The notes under the pieces: generated by a model | What the model was told of the DNA's origin: nothing | Database searches by the model: none | What the model saw: only the letters and a program-made list of their open reading frames with translations | Part shown: in pieces, positions 13,792 through 27,424 of the stretch | Layout of the letters: every line of letters begins with the position of its first letter | How positions within the stretch are numbered: position 1 is the first letter of the stretch | DNA from: Octopus vulgaris | Taxonomy: Eukaryota | Direction of reading: 5' to 3' | NCBI GenBank assembly: GCA_951406725.2 | Contig: OX597815.1 | Span: forward strand, 177,816,001-177,880,000 | Length of the DNA stretch: 64,000 bases | Position numbers and translations under genes: made by a program

Positions 13792-15119
13792 GGTTAGGAG
13801 AGGAGAGGCAGACATTACAGAAGGAAAACAATATCACGCAGGAAAATTACAATTTATACAATATATGGAATCTTCCGTGCTCGTATGACAGAATTTAGGA
13901 AATGAAGTGGCTGTTTCAATGTGTAAAATAATAATGAAGTGTGTGAATCGTGTGATTTTAACTGAAAATTTCAAAGTAATATTGTCATAATAGGATGCCA
14001 ATGTAATAGTTTGACATACGAATATAATTTAACGTAAATTAGATGCAATAAAGTAGGCCAGGTTTCACAAAGTATCATAGCTTCACAATTTGTAAAGATA
14101 TATCTAAACGCACGAATAGTGTTTCGCAAAGGAATTATTATAAAAACAAACGACTTTTGTTTACATTAAGATAAATATAATAAAACCAAAAGTATTTTAA
14201 TGCTGCGTTGAGTTTTTAGGCCAAGCCCAATACTGTTCCCTTCAGGCGAGTTAATATATATGATTATTTTTATTAACATCAACAATTTCCTATATTTAAT
14301 GCCTATGCAAGTCATCGACAAATATTCAGTAAAATGAAATTCTTTGAACGCAAATAAGAATGCTGTTTTTAGATAATTATAATGTTGCTTTTATAGATGC
14401 CACGATAGAATACAAATAATGGCTAAAGTATTATCAAATAGCAACAGCATTTTGATAAGAATATCCCGGTGTCTATTTTAAGCAACTTTAATTCAAAAAT
14501 ATACAAGCAGTTCGCATACATCCATGAAATATATGCTTTCAGGTAATTACAAATCAATATTCTAAATTTAAAAGAAAAGACAAGCTTGCGAACAATTCCC
14601 AATTGCTGATGTACGATCGAAATATTCTGCTCTAATTTAAACTGAGGTAATGAGAGGATTTTAGATGGTCTATGTACCTTCAAGGTATATGAACCAAATT
14701 CCACTGGGACCAGCGTGTTATCGTCTTAATATAAAGAAGCGAAGTAATTTGGATAAATATCTGGGTTACAATAATGTACTTATTTATTAGTCATACGTTT
14801 TGAAAGATTTCAACTGAATGTCTAATCGCTAATGTTTTCTCTTCATCAGAGAACCCCTACCCTTAAACGAGATGTGTTCATAGATATAATTCACGGATGT
14901 AAAGGGGCTCTGAGACACCATGATGATTGGAAATCATTGTATATCTTTGATGAATCCAACTAACGAAGGAGCGCATCTCTTGTTTCTAAAAATCAGCAAA
15001 CATGAATTTTACGCATATTTCCTAACGTCCGTAAAACAAGTAATTTCCTTTGATGCATGCGGAACATCGACAGTACCAGCAATAACCAATACATTCCTTC
15101 TGAACTCGTTATTGCAGAT

Positions 15120-15513
15120 TTGCCGATATTCCATGGTCCAAACTGCACATAGAGTTCACAGGACCGTGAAACCGATGATACTATGTAATAGTGATACATA
15201 GCTTTACTAAATGGCCAGAAATGTGTAAATGTAGAAAACCAACCTCCGCAGTTACAGTGGAGATTTTCGACGAACTTATTGCTAGGTATGGTGTCCCGGA
15301 TTCTATAGTCCCCTATGACGGCACACAATTCACGGTGGATGAATTTAAGGAGTTTTGCAAGTTGTACTCCGCTGAACATATCACTACATCTTCAATTCAC
15401 CCAAGACCAAACGGGCAAGGTTCGTGATACATTTAAAAGAGCATTAAAGAAATCAGGAGCCGAACTAGTTGATGACGCAACATTGACACAATTCTTGAGG
15501 GTTTATAGGATAA
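15120..15513 (+). pseudogene. Gypsy/Ty3 LTR retrotransposon integrase (rve) fragment
   Basis: PWSKLHIEFTGP, SFTKWPE, RYGVPDSIV.YDGTQF, HPRPNGQ, TFKRALKK; frameshifted. Confidence 0.85.
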
Positions 15514-16147
15514 TAAATATATATATATATATATACATTGACATATTATTATATGCATATATAAGTAGAGGGAGGGTGAGAGAGAGAGAGATATAATTTA
15601 TCTTTCTGAAGATAAACTTCCCGTGTGATGTGCATCTACGGATTACACTTATGGAGTGAGATCATATATTACCGTATACTGAAACATATGTAACAGGTGG
15701 AATGTAGGATTGGCAAGTTCAAGATCATGTTTCTTCTCTCATTGCATATATTTATATAAAACTAAATGTGACTAGGGTGTTAAGAAACACCTATATTTCT
15801 AGAAATAAAACCTAAACCGTATGAAAATATATACACTAACGGGGACCATAATCGTCCGAAAATTGCCGATCGAGAATTCTGAATACTACTTCCGCTAAAT
15901 TCTCCAGTTATTTGGATGACGAAAAAATAAGTACTAATAGTGAAACGAGTTCGGTAAGAGATGACGAGGCACGGGAAATTGCCGAAACTGACGTGCCTTT
16001 ATTAAAAATTCTCAATCGAAAAATTTTTGTCGTCTAACCGAGAAATTTACTGAACCTCCGACGGATACCAACCTCTGGAAAAATACTTCAGTTGGCCACC
16101 ACCTCTGCTCGCCCAAACATTCTACCAAACCAACACCTCACAGACAG

Positions 16148-16532
16148 TGCTAGAACATAAAAGAAACCAGGAAAGAACAATAGACTCAGCTGGACGTAAG
16201 CAGTGAATTTATTAAATTGTTTCCCAACGAAAGTTTTTGATAGGGAAATTGTAATACAAAATGACATTTCGAGCGTTCAAAAACCACATTATCTCCATCT
16301 TGCGGTCAGTTATTTCGCCATGTAACGACAAACGTACTTTTCCCTGAACTATCTGCTCCTTCCTTTTTCTCCTCTTCTCTGGATCCGTCAAAGCGCCACA
16401 CTCGAAATGCCATTTTCTACTACCATTTTCCCATCTAAAACTTACCTTTTAATATATTCACTGTTAAATTTAATATATTCCCTGCTTACGTCCAGCTGAG
16501 TCTATTGTTTTTTTCCTGGTTTATGTTCTAGC
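16148..16532. repeat. Degenerate inverted repeat, arms ~16148-16275 and ~16400-16532
   Basis: tgctagaacataaa..caatagactcagctggacgtaagcag versus ctgcttacgtccagctgagtctattg..tttatgttctagca. Confidence 0.8.
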
Positions 16533-16613
16533 ATTTGCCTACGTATACATATGCAAATACACACACATACACGCACACACATACACACACATACACATAC
16601 ATACATACACACA

Positions 16614-17035
16614 CAGGAGCTTTGGATATTGGTTAGAAACCGGCTTTTCCTCTATTAGCAAGAAATCTTGAAATAAAACAGAAGAATAATATGCATACAT
16701 ACATACATACATACATACACATCCGAAGACTACAGATCCAATCCAATACTGGAACTTTAAGAATGTGTAAAACTTTCCAGAAGTTTATCATTTAAATATA
16801 TATATGAGCATGTCTAGACATGTAACTATGTGCATGAGCATACATACATAAAACATACAAATCTTCACATACATACATACATCCATACATAGATACATAT
16901 ATACATACATACATGCATATATACTGAAAAAAACCTGTTGTTGATGATGTTGAAATTCCAAAGGAGGAGCCTTGGATCTAGGTTAGAAACCGATTCTTTC
17001 TCTATTGGCTAGAAATCTTGAATTACACTGAATAA
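16614..17035 (+). mobile_element. Two stacked 3' ends of an R4/Dong-like non-LTR element in (ATAC)n
   Basis: Encodes ..CKTFQKFII* and shares its 3' UTR with 24563-24995 and 20765-21060. Confidence 0.75.
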
Positions 17036-17039
17036 TGAC

Positions 17040-17262
17040 ATACATACATACGTACGTACATATATACATACATACATGCATACATACATACATACATACG
17101 TACGTAGGTACGTACATACATACATACATACATACATACATACATACATACATACGTACGTACGTACATACATACATACATACATACATACATACATACA
17201 TACATACATACATACATACATACATACATACATACATACATACATACGTACATACATGCATA
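17040..17262. repeat. (TACA)n microsatellite
   Basis: Direct reading. Confidence 0.97.
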
Positions 17263-17808
17263 CAGTGACACCCGTCGTAGTATTTCCCTTCCCATCGTCT
17301 GAATTTTTTTACTAAAAAAATTAGGGCAATTATAATATATTTTCTATCCATACGATATTGAGTTTTATAATAACGATTGATTTTTTTTTTTCTATTATAA
17401 AATATTTATTTTTTACATTTCGTTTTTGCAAAATTCTTAGAGTTTTATGCGCCACTTCAAGGCCGTCTGTTTGCACACACGGCTTCATAGTAATTATATA
17501 TTGTCACCTTGATCATTCTATTTCACAGGGCTCGTTAATTAGGTCGCACACTTATGCGTTGTTTCAAAATTAGTTTATCTTCAGTTATTTCATCTTGCTT
17601 TGATTAAGATTGGTAAATCAGTTTTGGAAAGATATTTTGTTTTAATGATTTAATTGCGTCAGTGATTACACTTCGGCCATGCTGGGGCACCGCTTTGAAC
17701 AATTTAACTTAGTAACCGCCAAGTTACGTGGATGTAAACACATTCACACCGGTGGTCAAGTAGTGGTCCTGCCAAATAGATACACACGCATATATACATA
17801 TATATATA

Positions 17809-17868
<60 letters not shown>

Positions 17869-18094
17869 TATATATATACGTCTAATATAGGATAAATGTT
17901 TTCGAAACAAAAAATATCAATGACCAGCATATTAAAAAATACCTTTAAAAGTTAAATTTATAAACAAGGGCAAAAAAAAAGAATTCTAATACCAAATATG
18001 CCGAAAATAGACAAATTGTCCATAACCATATAATTTATCACTACTAACATGCGCCCAGAAGTAAGCTGACAGAAATTTCTAAAAAGTTCCGTTA

Positions 18095-18155
18095 TTATCG
18101 TATTGGTCCCAATTTCAGAGTTAATTCATAAGAATTTTCTCCTCGTCAGCGATAA
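18095..18155 (-). ncRNA. Type I hammerhead motif, intact
   Basis: Reverse complement: ttatcg-CTGACGA-ggag.aattc(ttat)gaatt.ctct-GAAA-ttgggaccaa-TA-cgataa. Confidence 0.85.
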
Positions 18156-18268
18156 ATGCGTAAGACATAAATGAAATACTTACTCATACCCATGGAAAAA
18201 GCAAGCAATGACTGAGTGCTTGCTTTTTCCATGGGTATGAGTAAGTATTTGATTTATGTCTTCCGTGT

Positions 18269-18329
18269 TTATTGCTGACGAGGAGAAAATTCTTAAGAAT
18301 TAACTCTGAAATTGGAACCAAAAGGATAA
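18269..18329 (+). ncRNA. Hammerhead mirror copy with damaged cleavage site
   Basis: ttattg-CTGACGA-...-GAAA-ttggaaccaa-AA-ggataa; U16.1 is lost. Confidence 0.55.
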
Positions 18330-19014
18330 TAACGGAACTTTTAGAAATTTATGTCGGCTTACTTCGAGACGCATGTTAGTAGTGATAAATTATATGGTTA
18401 TTGACAATTTGTCTATTTTCGGCATATTTGGCATTAGAATTCTTTTCTTTTGCCCTTGTTTATAAGTTGTATGTATATATATGTATGCATGCGTACATGT
18501 ATGTATGTGCGTGTGTATGCTTGCGTGCGCGCGCATTTTACGTATACCTGTATAAGTGTGTGTGTGTGTCTTACTATCAATGTTCGTATCTGAGTCCACA
18601 ATTGACACACTCCTACAGAAAAGGATAAATTCACCTTGAAATTCTATACCATATTAAAATACATATATTGTGTGTACTATTCCAATTTTACCATTATATT
18701 TTAGACGAATTTCCCGTTTGTTTCTTTTTCGTTTTATTTCAGTTCTCTGTTTACACATGATGGAACAGAAACACTGAATTCCTAACTTGATTATATGCTT
18801 AATGTCTGTAAACGTGATTATTTTAAGCTCGTATTGTCGCTTTTACGCAAGTTTTCATATATTGTCACATCGATCAACGTTAATCGGCCACCTTCTTAAT
18901 TTCTTTCTATTCTCTAGCTGACAGGCATTGCTTAAAGCTTCTAATTGCGAAAGACATTTTGTAACGCCGAATACTGCGTTCGCAATAGTCAATTGTCATT
19001 AATGATTAGAAAAT

Positions 19015-19235
19015 GGAAGTCGGCAAACTGGCAGAATTGTTAGCATGCTCGGCATAATGCTAAGGGGCAACTTCGTCCATCTTTACAGTCAGAGGTTCAA
19101 ATTCCGGCGAGGCTGACTTTGCCAATCATCTTTTCGGAGGACGACTAGAATAAGTACCAGTTGAACACTGGGGTCGATGTAATCGACTTATTTCCCTTCC
19201 CTAAAATATATCTGGCCTCGACCCTAAAATTATAA
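19015..19235 (+). mobile_element. SINE family B, degenerate
   Basis: Consensus blocks as at 7833. Confidence 0.7.
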
Positions 19236-20521
19236 CTAATGTCTAGGAAATTGCAAAACATGCGTTCACAGACACACACTAAACACAGACACACACACAG
19301 ACACACACACACATACACACACACACACAAACACGCACCACAGTGTGCGTATTAGTGCTTGTACGTCATTATGTACGCTATGCATGGCTACATTTGTGCG
19401 TGCGTTCACCTTTATATGAAAGCAAGCATGAATATTCGTATAAACAAATGTTTCTTATTTATGGAATTGAAGTATTGACTGCTACACGTATGTAACTTAA
19501 TTTGGATTTCTATTTAAATACACGTACATTTCTGTGTATACAGACACACATATTTACACAGGTGTACGTGTATGTGTGTGAGTGTGTGTTCCTACAAATC
19601 TACTTATCTGTATAAATGTATTTGTAAACACAAACACACACATTTATATACGTCATGATACATAATTACATTTACGGGGAACTTTAGCGTACTCTGTTCA
19701 TTGCTTAGAGTGAAAGAGTAAACAATCACATTTTAGTTATCGTGACTACATTTTCCATGTAGAGCAATAGTGATTAATAATCAAACATTGAAATTACAAA
19801 TGTTTCACCGAAATATCTGCGCCGTATATGAATTATTATTTTAAATGGATTTCAGATTTCCGTAAACATTCAACTGAGCTGTAAATAAGTGAGAATTGTA
19901 ATAAATTTTACATTGTTACATACGAGTAATTTCCCCTTGAGTTGTTCCAAGATAATGAAGATGAGCTTCCAGTCAAATATGGCCAGATTAGGCGGATATA
20001 TAGAAAACTATTATAAGGAAACTAGGGAAATTCCTCCCAACAAATTGCTACAGGTTTTTACTGTGGCACTCCAATATGTGCCACTTTATTCATAGAATTC
20101 ACAAAGTACGCCTATTGGAAAGTTAACCAAATTTTGATATTCTGAATCAACCCAAAGTAACCCATAGATCCCCAATCGATATTAGTATATGTGTTGACCC
20201 CAAACTGTACTTTCCACCGCCAGTGTATGAATCCTGTGGACATCAAAGCGTTGAAATCATAAATATATTTAGGACTGTTGTTGGAGTCAGATACGTTTGA
20301 AATGTCGGGTCACAACTCTGGAGTTTTGAAATTGGAAATCCAATTTAGATATCGTGTTAACTTGTAGATAATATGTAACGATTTTATTATTTTATAATTA
20401 TGTTCTTATGTTTTGTTTTTTTAATGTTTGTGCCGATTTATTGCAAATATTTTAATACGAATTTATGAGTATGTGTGTGTCTATACATGTGTATGCATGT
20501 ATATATATATATATAAATGGT

Positions 20522-20737
20522 AAAGAACTCCTTCAGTCATGAATGACCATGGGGTCGCAGATAAAAGTTACCCTCCGAGGCAAAGTTTGAGGAAGGTTGC
20601 TTACGAATACATGCAGTCGTTCTTGTATACCAGCTTCCCCCTTTCCATGCCACAGATATTATCCAAAGGAAAGGCAAAGGCTGATACAGCTTGTCACCAG
20701 TGATATTGCAACACCTTTCTGCAGCAGAGCGAACTAG
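20522..20737. mobile_element. Interspersed repeat (SINE/RTE-related), second copy at 40925-41145
   Basis: Shared 'gcagtcg..c.tg.ataccagc.t.ccct.tcca..ccac.gat.ttatccaaagg.aaggcaaagg'. Confidence 0.65.
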
Positions 20738-20764
20738 TTATGTATGTATAGATGTATGTATGTA

Positions 20765-21060
20765 CTTATTCAGTTTATTTCAAGATTTCTTGCCAATATA
20801 GAAAGAATCGGTTTCTAACTTAGATTCAAGGCTCCTTCATTGGCATTTCAACAGGAAAAACAGGGTATTTTTCTGTAAGTATGTATGTATGTATGTATGC
20901 ATATATGTATGTATGGGCAGATGTGTATGTGCAGATTTGTATGTTCTATGTATGTATTCTGATGCATATAGTTACAGATCTAGACATGCTCATATATATT
21001 TAAATGATAAACGCTTGGTAAGTATTACAGACTTTTACAGTTGCAGTGATTGATTGGATC
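20765..21060 (-). mobile_element. R4/Dong-like 3' end in (TATG)n
   Basis: Reverse complement of 16722-17035. Confidence 0.75.
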
Positions 21061-21064
21061 TGTA

Positions 21065-21460
21065 GAGTATGTATATATGTATGTATGCATGTATGTATGC
21101 ATGTATGTATGTATGTATGCATGTCTGTAGGTCTGTATGTATGTATGTATGTATGCATGTATGTATGTAAGTATGTATGCATGCATGTATGTATTATGTA
21201 TATATCTATGTATGTATATGTGTATGTATGCATGTATGTATATATGTATGTATACATGCATGTATGTATTTATGCATGCATGCATGCATGTATGTATGTA
21301 TGTATGTATGTATGCATACATGCATGCATGTATGTATGTATGCATGCATGCATGCATGTATGTATGTATGCATGTATGTATGCATGCATGCATGTATGTA
21401 TGTATGCATGCATGCATGTATGTATGCATGCATGTATGTATGCATGCATGTATGTATATA
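21065..21460. repeat. Compound (TATG/CATG)n microsatellite
   Basis: Direct reading. Confidence 0.95.
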
Positions 21461-23035
21461 GAACTAGTGTTTGCTTATTTATTCTAGCCAGCTTCAAGCG
21501 CCAAATATGTCGGTCTCTGTATTAGTTATAAATAAACGCCGAAATCTTGCTTTGAGCTCGCGCTAACGGTGTAAGTGGTTGTTGAGCCGATTACATTCGA
21601 TAAGTGCTTAACAATGAGCTTCTCAAAAGCTCTACATCAATTTATTCGTTATTGGGATACGTTATAGGAGACTATGCAATCTTGTTTAATAAAAGGGAGG
21701 TAAGCGATGGGAACCAAAAGAGATTTTGTTTTGTTTTTTTTTTTTGAAATCTGGATTTCTGTTTTAAGATTTTAAAACATTTGATATCTACATAACAATT
21801 GTTGCACTCTGCTGATATTCTATCATATGTTTTTAGCTAATGAGTTTCAAATCTGTCTTAGCATGATTTATTAGCAAATATTCGAGATTAATAATTAAAA
21901 GCTTTCACTGAGGTCTTCGATTGTAAGTTAAACAAATTCTATCTTCTACACTATGTATATCAAATATTTTTTTCTACAATTTATTACATTCCATTCTATG
22001 ACGTACGCCATATGATATTACAGGATATGTGTGTGTTCGCCTATGCGTATATACATATATATACACACAAAGGCTGGAACGCGCACGTGCACACATATAT
22101 GATATATGCGTGGTACGAACTACACCACGAGGATCTAATCCGGTTTTTCTGAACAGAATCGTTTATTTGTTGTGTTGCTGAGGAGATGCTTTATGAAGTA
22201 TCTTTGCCTATGTATAGATTTTACTTAAATGTGCACGTAAATGTAGAAGTCTGTATCATACTCATATTACATCTCTCTTACAAAAGAAAAACTTCCTTTT
22301 TTTTTTCGCATTTTTAGTTCATCGAAATGTTCTTCATAGGCAAGTCAATGCAAGAATGCTTTGCTTCGATTTTCAAAATGGCTATTTTATACGCTGCATA
22401 TATTGCTATAAGTTTGCTTAGAGTATCCAACATATCATTGCGCAAATGAAAATTTTCTTCAACAATGCATTAGCATCGTTTGTGATATCAATATCGATAT
22501 TGAATCCAGCGAGACACTTAAAAAGGGCCATCATTTCTGCATTCTTTTATGTATTTTCTTTTGTTTGTATTTTGTTACTGGTTGGTTTTTAGTGCTATTT
22601 CAAGGAATCATTTGATATACTGCAACGATTTAGGATATGATTCCTCAGTATTTATCGAATAAAATTTCAGAACACGAATCAAAAGATTTGTCAGGCCATC
22701 TTAACTATAAACCTGGAAATAAAACACCTGACAAATCAATCTTCGGAAAGAAATAAATTTGTATTTCCAGAAGTTTCCATAACTTATAATAGTGTATCCG
22801 AAAATAATCAAGGCCACATATCTGAAGAAGGTGGGTAGAGCAGCTTTGCTTGAAATGAATGAAATAAATCGAGGTTGTTTTATTGATGTGGGAAATGAAA
22901 GGCCTTCAACCCAATATAAAATGTTGGAAATATGCAATGCATACGTAACTACCTACATAGTAATGTAAGTATGCCCGTAGGTTTTATATATATATATCTA
23001 CATAACGATATATACGCCTGTATGTAATGATACAT

Positions 23036-23119
<84 letters not shown>

Positions 23120-23264
23120 ATGTATGTATGTATGTATGTATGCATCATTACATACAGGCGTATAAATCGTTATGTAGATATAAACTCATATACATATATA
23201 CCTTCTTATACATATTTATATATGTGTCTCTGCATGGATATTTATGTATATACATGTTTAGACA

Positions 23265-23311
<47 letters not shown>

Positions 23312-23467
23312 CATATAGGTATACATATATATGAGTGTATATAAATACATACATATATAAAAAATGTATATATATACACACACACAGATAATATATGTAT
23401 ATCTGTATGTGGTGTATATATATATATATATATATATATTTGTGCATGTGTGTGTGTATGGTATATA

Positions 23468-23503
<36 letters not shown>

Positions 23504-24562
23504 GAGAGAGGAGGGATAAAGAGAGAAACATAATAATAAAAAACTGAGAGTTATGTTTTTAAAATTTTGTATTATTTCTTAAAACACATTTTCTATATTT
23601 TACATTCCGGCACGTGTTACTGCTGAAGAGGTGCCTTGAGGTCCTTCGATATAATGGTTTTGTCCATTTAGTCGGCTTATATTAAATCAATTTTAGTATA
23701 CGTACAAATCTATAGGTTGAGAGTACTACACAGGTAAAACTACAAAATACCATCCAAAACGTCACTGCCCTGGAAAGCGCGCAGAGAATCCACTTGATGA
23801 ATACATATATAAACATGAAGGCAGGAAATATCAGTGACTTTTTCAGACAAACATATATATATACATACATAGATGTGTACGTGGTGATTGCTCCGTCTTC
23901 CAAAATGATTACTGTCTCCTTGTGACTTCTTGTTGTCATTGGCATTTGTGACTTTTCACTCATGATCTCGCATCTGAGTATTCAGTTATAAACCTACATG
24001 GTTTATAAAGTTGAGCGAAAAATTTCTTACAGTTGAGAGACAAAATTTCTAACTTACTGTGCACTTCCATAAGACTTTAAGGAGACGGAATTACAAGCGA
24101 CATAACAAGCAAGCGACATCTGCACATCATTAGGTTATATCGATAAACGCTTGCACAAAACGAGTGCCGTTGTCTGAGTCACCCTGATTAAAACTTTGCG
24201 AAAGGCCTAAAGAAGATGACAATAATCACGGGAAGTCGCAGGATTTACTTCAGTGCGTTACGCACCTAGAGGGATGCTGTGACAATGGCTAAGGGTTCCA
24301 CAATCCCGGTGATTTCACTGCTCGCCTAGACCCCCAACCAAGTTCATTTTTGCGTCCCCGTGCTCGGAAGGAATGTTATCACATATGATCGTTAATTCAT
24401 AACTGGAACCCAGATATGAGCTAAACCAAAGTAAACCTGTAAATATTCGTGACTCATAGCTACTTCAACACTCCACGAAACCTCCGAAATTCCGGACGAG
24501 TACCTTTATACTGGATACAGTTCAAAATTCATACCCGAAGCTGAAATTTACAGTTACTCCAT

Positions 24563-24995
24563 TGAGATTACACGTTCAGTTTTGTACCTGTAATAATTGG
24601 GGCCCTGGGATATGTGACACACTGCCTAAATGCCAATCTTGAGAAAGTAGGCTTCTCAAAACCAGAAAGGAGAAAGCTGATTCGAAGACTACAGATCCAA
24701 TCCATCAATGGAACTGTTGTAATCTGTAAAACTTTGCAGAAGTTTATCATTTAAACATATATGAGCACGTATAGACATGTAACTATATGCATGAGTGTGC
24801 TTACATAAAGCATACAAATTTGCACATACATACATACATACATACATACATACATACATTCATACATACATATATACATACATACATAAAAGATACCCAG
24901 TTGTTGACGTTGAAATTCCAATGAAGGAGCCTTGGATCTAGGCTAGAAACCGCTTGTTTATTGGCAAGATATCTTGAAATATACTGAACAATGAT
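24563..24995 (+). mobile_element. R4/Dong-like (RLE-type) non-LTR element 3' end
   Basis: Translates DYTFSFVPVIIGALGYV...LQIQSINGTVVICKTLQKFII*. PxxxGALG is typical of the RLE-clade C-terminus. Confidence 0.8.
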
Positions 24996-25866
24996 ATACA
25001 TACTCACAGAAAGAATCACGAACGCTCGCCTGTTGAACTTCGCTCTATGAAATCCAGCTGAGATCAACATTGTCCTTCATCCGTCCGAGATAAAATTAGT
25101 ACATGTACGTAATAATTTCATCGTTTAACCGCCCCCATCTAAATCACCAAGAAATTAGCGTTCTTGTGTGCGATCATTATATTTCTCAAAGAATAACTAT
25201 ATTATACTGCTGTATAGTATTCGGCACATATATATATTTAAAATTTCTAAATAGTTAATTGTGTTTAAAAGAATACGTCATATAAATTTCGTTGAAGCTT
25301 AAGGCTGAATGAATTTGGAGAGCACGGAAATTAACGGTTTACAATCTGATTCTATAAAATCAATTCTGTGTGTGTGTGTGTGTGTCTGTGTGTGTGTGTG
25401 TGTGTGAGTGTATGTTTCTTCTACGTACGGCCAAATTTGGTATGAAGGATTTTCATTATTCGTGGAAGGTTCTGGGCGGGGGGTAAAACTTTGGTCCTTG
25501 CCCATGTAGCGGGCTTTGGCCCCGCTATAGACCTTTCTGAAGTTTTTTTCAGCAGTATAATACCGAATTCGGCGGGAAAGTTTTTTATTATTCGGGAAAC
25601 GTTCTAGTAACATAAAACTAGAGCAAGTTAATATTGATTTCAATATTGGCAAAAGACAGAAATTTGGTGGGGGGAGGGGAGAGGTTGATCGATATAATCG
25701 ATTAATCCCTTCCACAAAATTTGTCTGTCTAATGCCCAACTAGTTCTTATGTTTCTTGATCCTTAAAGATGAAAGGCAAAGTTAACATACATACACAAAG
25801 GCAAAGTTAACTAGATAAATAGATAGATAGATGATACAGAGGTAGGTAGGTAGGTAGGTAGGTAGG

Positions 25867-25966
<100 letters not shown>

Positions 25967-26049
25967 GAGACTGAAGCACAGGCAGAATCAACGTACTATT
26001 AAAATCATAGATGATGATACGAACCCATTTTTGTTAAAATACATTTATC

Positions 26050-26220
26050 TTCTGTTGTGTCTGGGGAGAGTCATTTTCTTTTTGTGCCTTATAATGTAAA
26101 ATTTCCACACATTTCTTATTTTTATTTTCCTAAAATGTTCGTTGCGTCTTGTAACCTTTTCAATAGTTTTGACTCTTATAAGGCACAAAAGGAAATGACT
26201 CTCCCCAGACACAACATAAT
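26050..26220. repeat. Inverted repeat with ~48-bp arms and ~75-bp spacer
   Basis: gttgtgtctggggagagtcattt..tttgtgccttataa / ttataaggcacaaaa..aaatgactctccccagacacaac. The spacer resembles 28460-28510. Confidence 0.85.
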
Positions 26221-26619
26221 ATGCTTCAGCACACGGACTCATATAAGGAATCTTGCAAAACAAATCCAAAAAGGAAACATTTATCTTCGCTGTGAAACTA
26301 GATCCCGTGGGCTCGCCATTGGAATATGAACAGCCACAGAAAAAAAAGTCTAATCGATTTGTAGATCTCCAACACAATGAACTTCAACGAACTTATTTTC
26401 TCATGAAACATTGTAGAAACTGATTCTGAAGCTAGATACCATCGTCTATAAAACTGGTTGTGATATGCTTCTAGTACTTTAAAATAAATCACATAAAAAC
26501 GTCAAATTTTAACTTTCATATCAAGTTCTATTAAAGTCTGTTTTCGAAAATTTGTGTCCATGTCTATTCTCAAGATCATAAGCATTGAATAATTAAAGTA
26601 ATTATTAACGATGAACGGG

Positions 26620-26762
26620 AGCATGTATTCGCTAGGAAGCTTGCTTGCCAACCACGTGGTTCCAGGTTCTGTCACACTGCGTGACATCTTGCTACTGTAG
26701 TATCGGGCCCACCAAAACCCTGTGAGCGGATTTCGTAGACTGAAACTGAAAGAAGTCCTTCG
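26620..26762 (+). mobile_element. SINE family A 5' half
   Basis: 'gaagcttgcttgccaaccacgtggttccaggttc..cactgcgtg..aaactgaaagaag'. Confidence 0.7.
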
Positions 26763-27045
26763 TATATATATATATATTTAAAATTAAAGTAAAAATGAGG
26801 GTGAAAAATTTGGATATTTATTTAATAACATCAATTTAACACCAGTGGTTTAGCGCATAAAAAACTGAGATTCAGTAAATATTATTAATGCATAAGTATG
26901 AGAGAGAATCCACTATGTAGACGCCCTTACGCTAAAAAGAGATCCGCATGAGTCTCAACCACTAAGAATTGTTTTCCGGAAAAAATTACCACACCATGAA
27001 CGTAAGCAAGCAGGACAAATGAAAAATAACAAAAATACAGATTAA

Positions 27046-27120
27046 CCCCATACAATTGTTTCACTGTTAATAAATTATGCAATTTTACTTACACAATTCA
27101 TCTGCTGATCATCAGTGAAG
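27046..27120 (-). ncRNA. Type I hammerhead motif; truncated mirror copy at 27273-27320 (+)
   Basis: Reverse complement: cttca-CTGATGA-...-GAAA-caattg-TA-tgggg. The mirror arm has cccca-CTGATGA-actg, restoring perfect helix I and II pairing. Confidence 0.75.
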
Positions 27121-27363
27121 TCCGTCATATAAAGATATAATTTGCCGAACTCCACGCCAGATATGGACACGAGGTCGAAAATACGTGTAGTTCGGCCATT
27201 TACATCCACGGTTATATTCAAACGTCCTCGTTCCAGCGTGGAGTTCGACAAATTATATCTTTATATGACGGACCCCACTGATGAACTGCAGATGAATTGT
27301 GTAAAAAGCTGCGTAACCATACTTACCATACTTACATTTCCTTTTGACTATTATTTTTATGAC

Positions 27364-27414
<51 letters not shown>

Positions 27415-27424
<10 letters not shown>

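Larger units (their letters stand above)
17958..18465. mobile_element. Fold-back element with ~250-bp arms and a 9-nt spacer (18208-18216)
   Basis: The arms are near-perfect reverse complements. Confidence 0.92.

Noticed and set aside
23620-23665. CTGAAGA followed by a hairpin
   Set aside because: GAAA is replaced by GATA and there is no helix I or III pairing.
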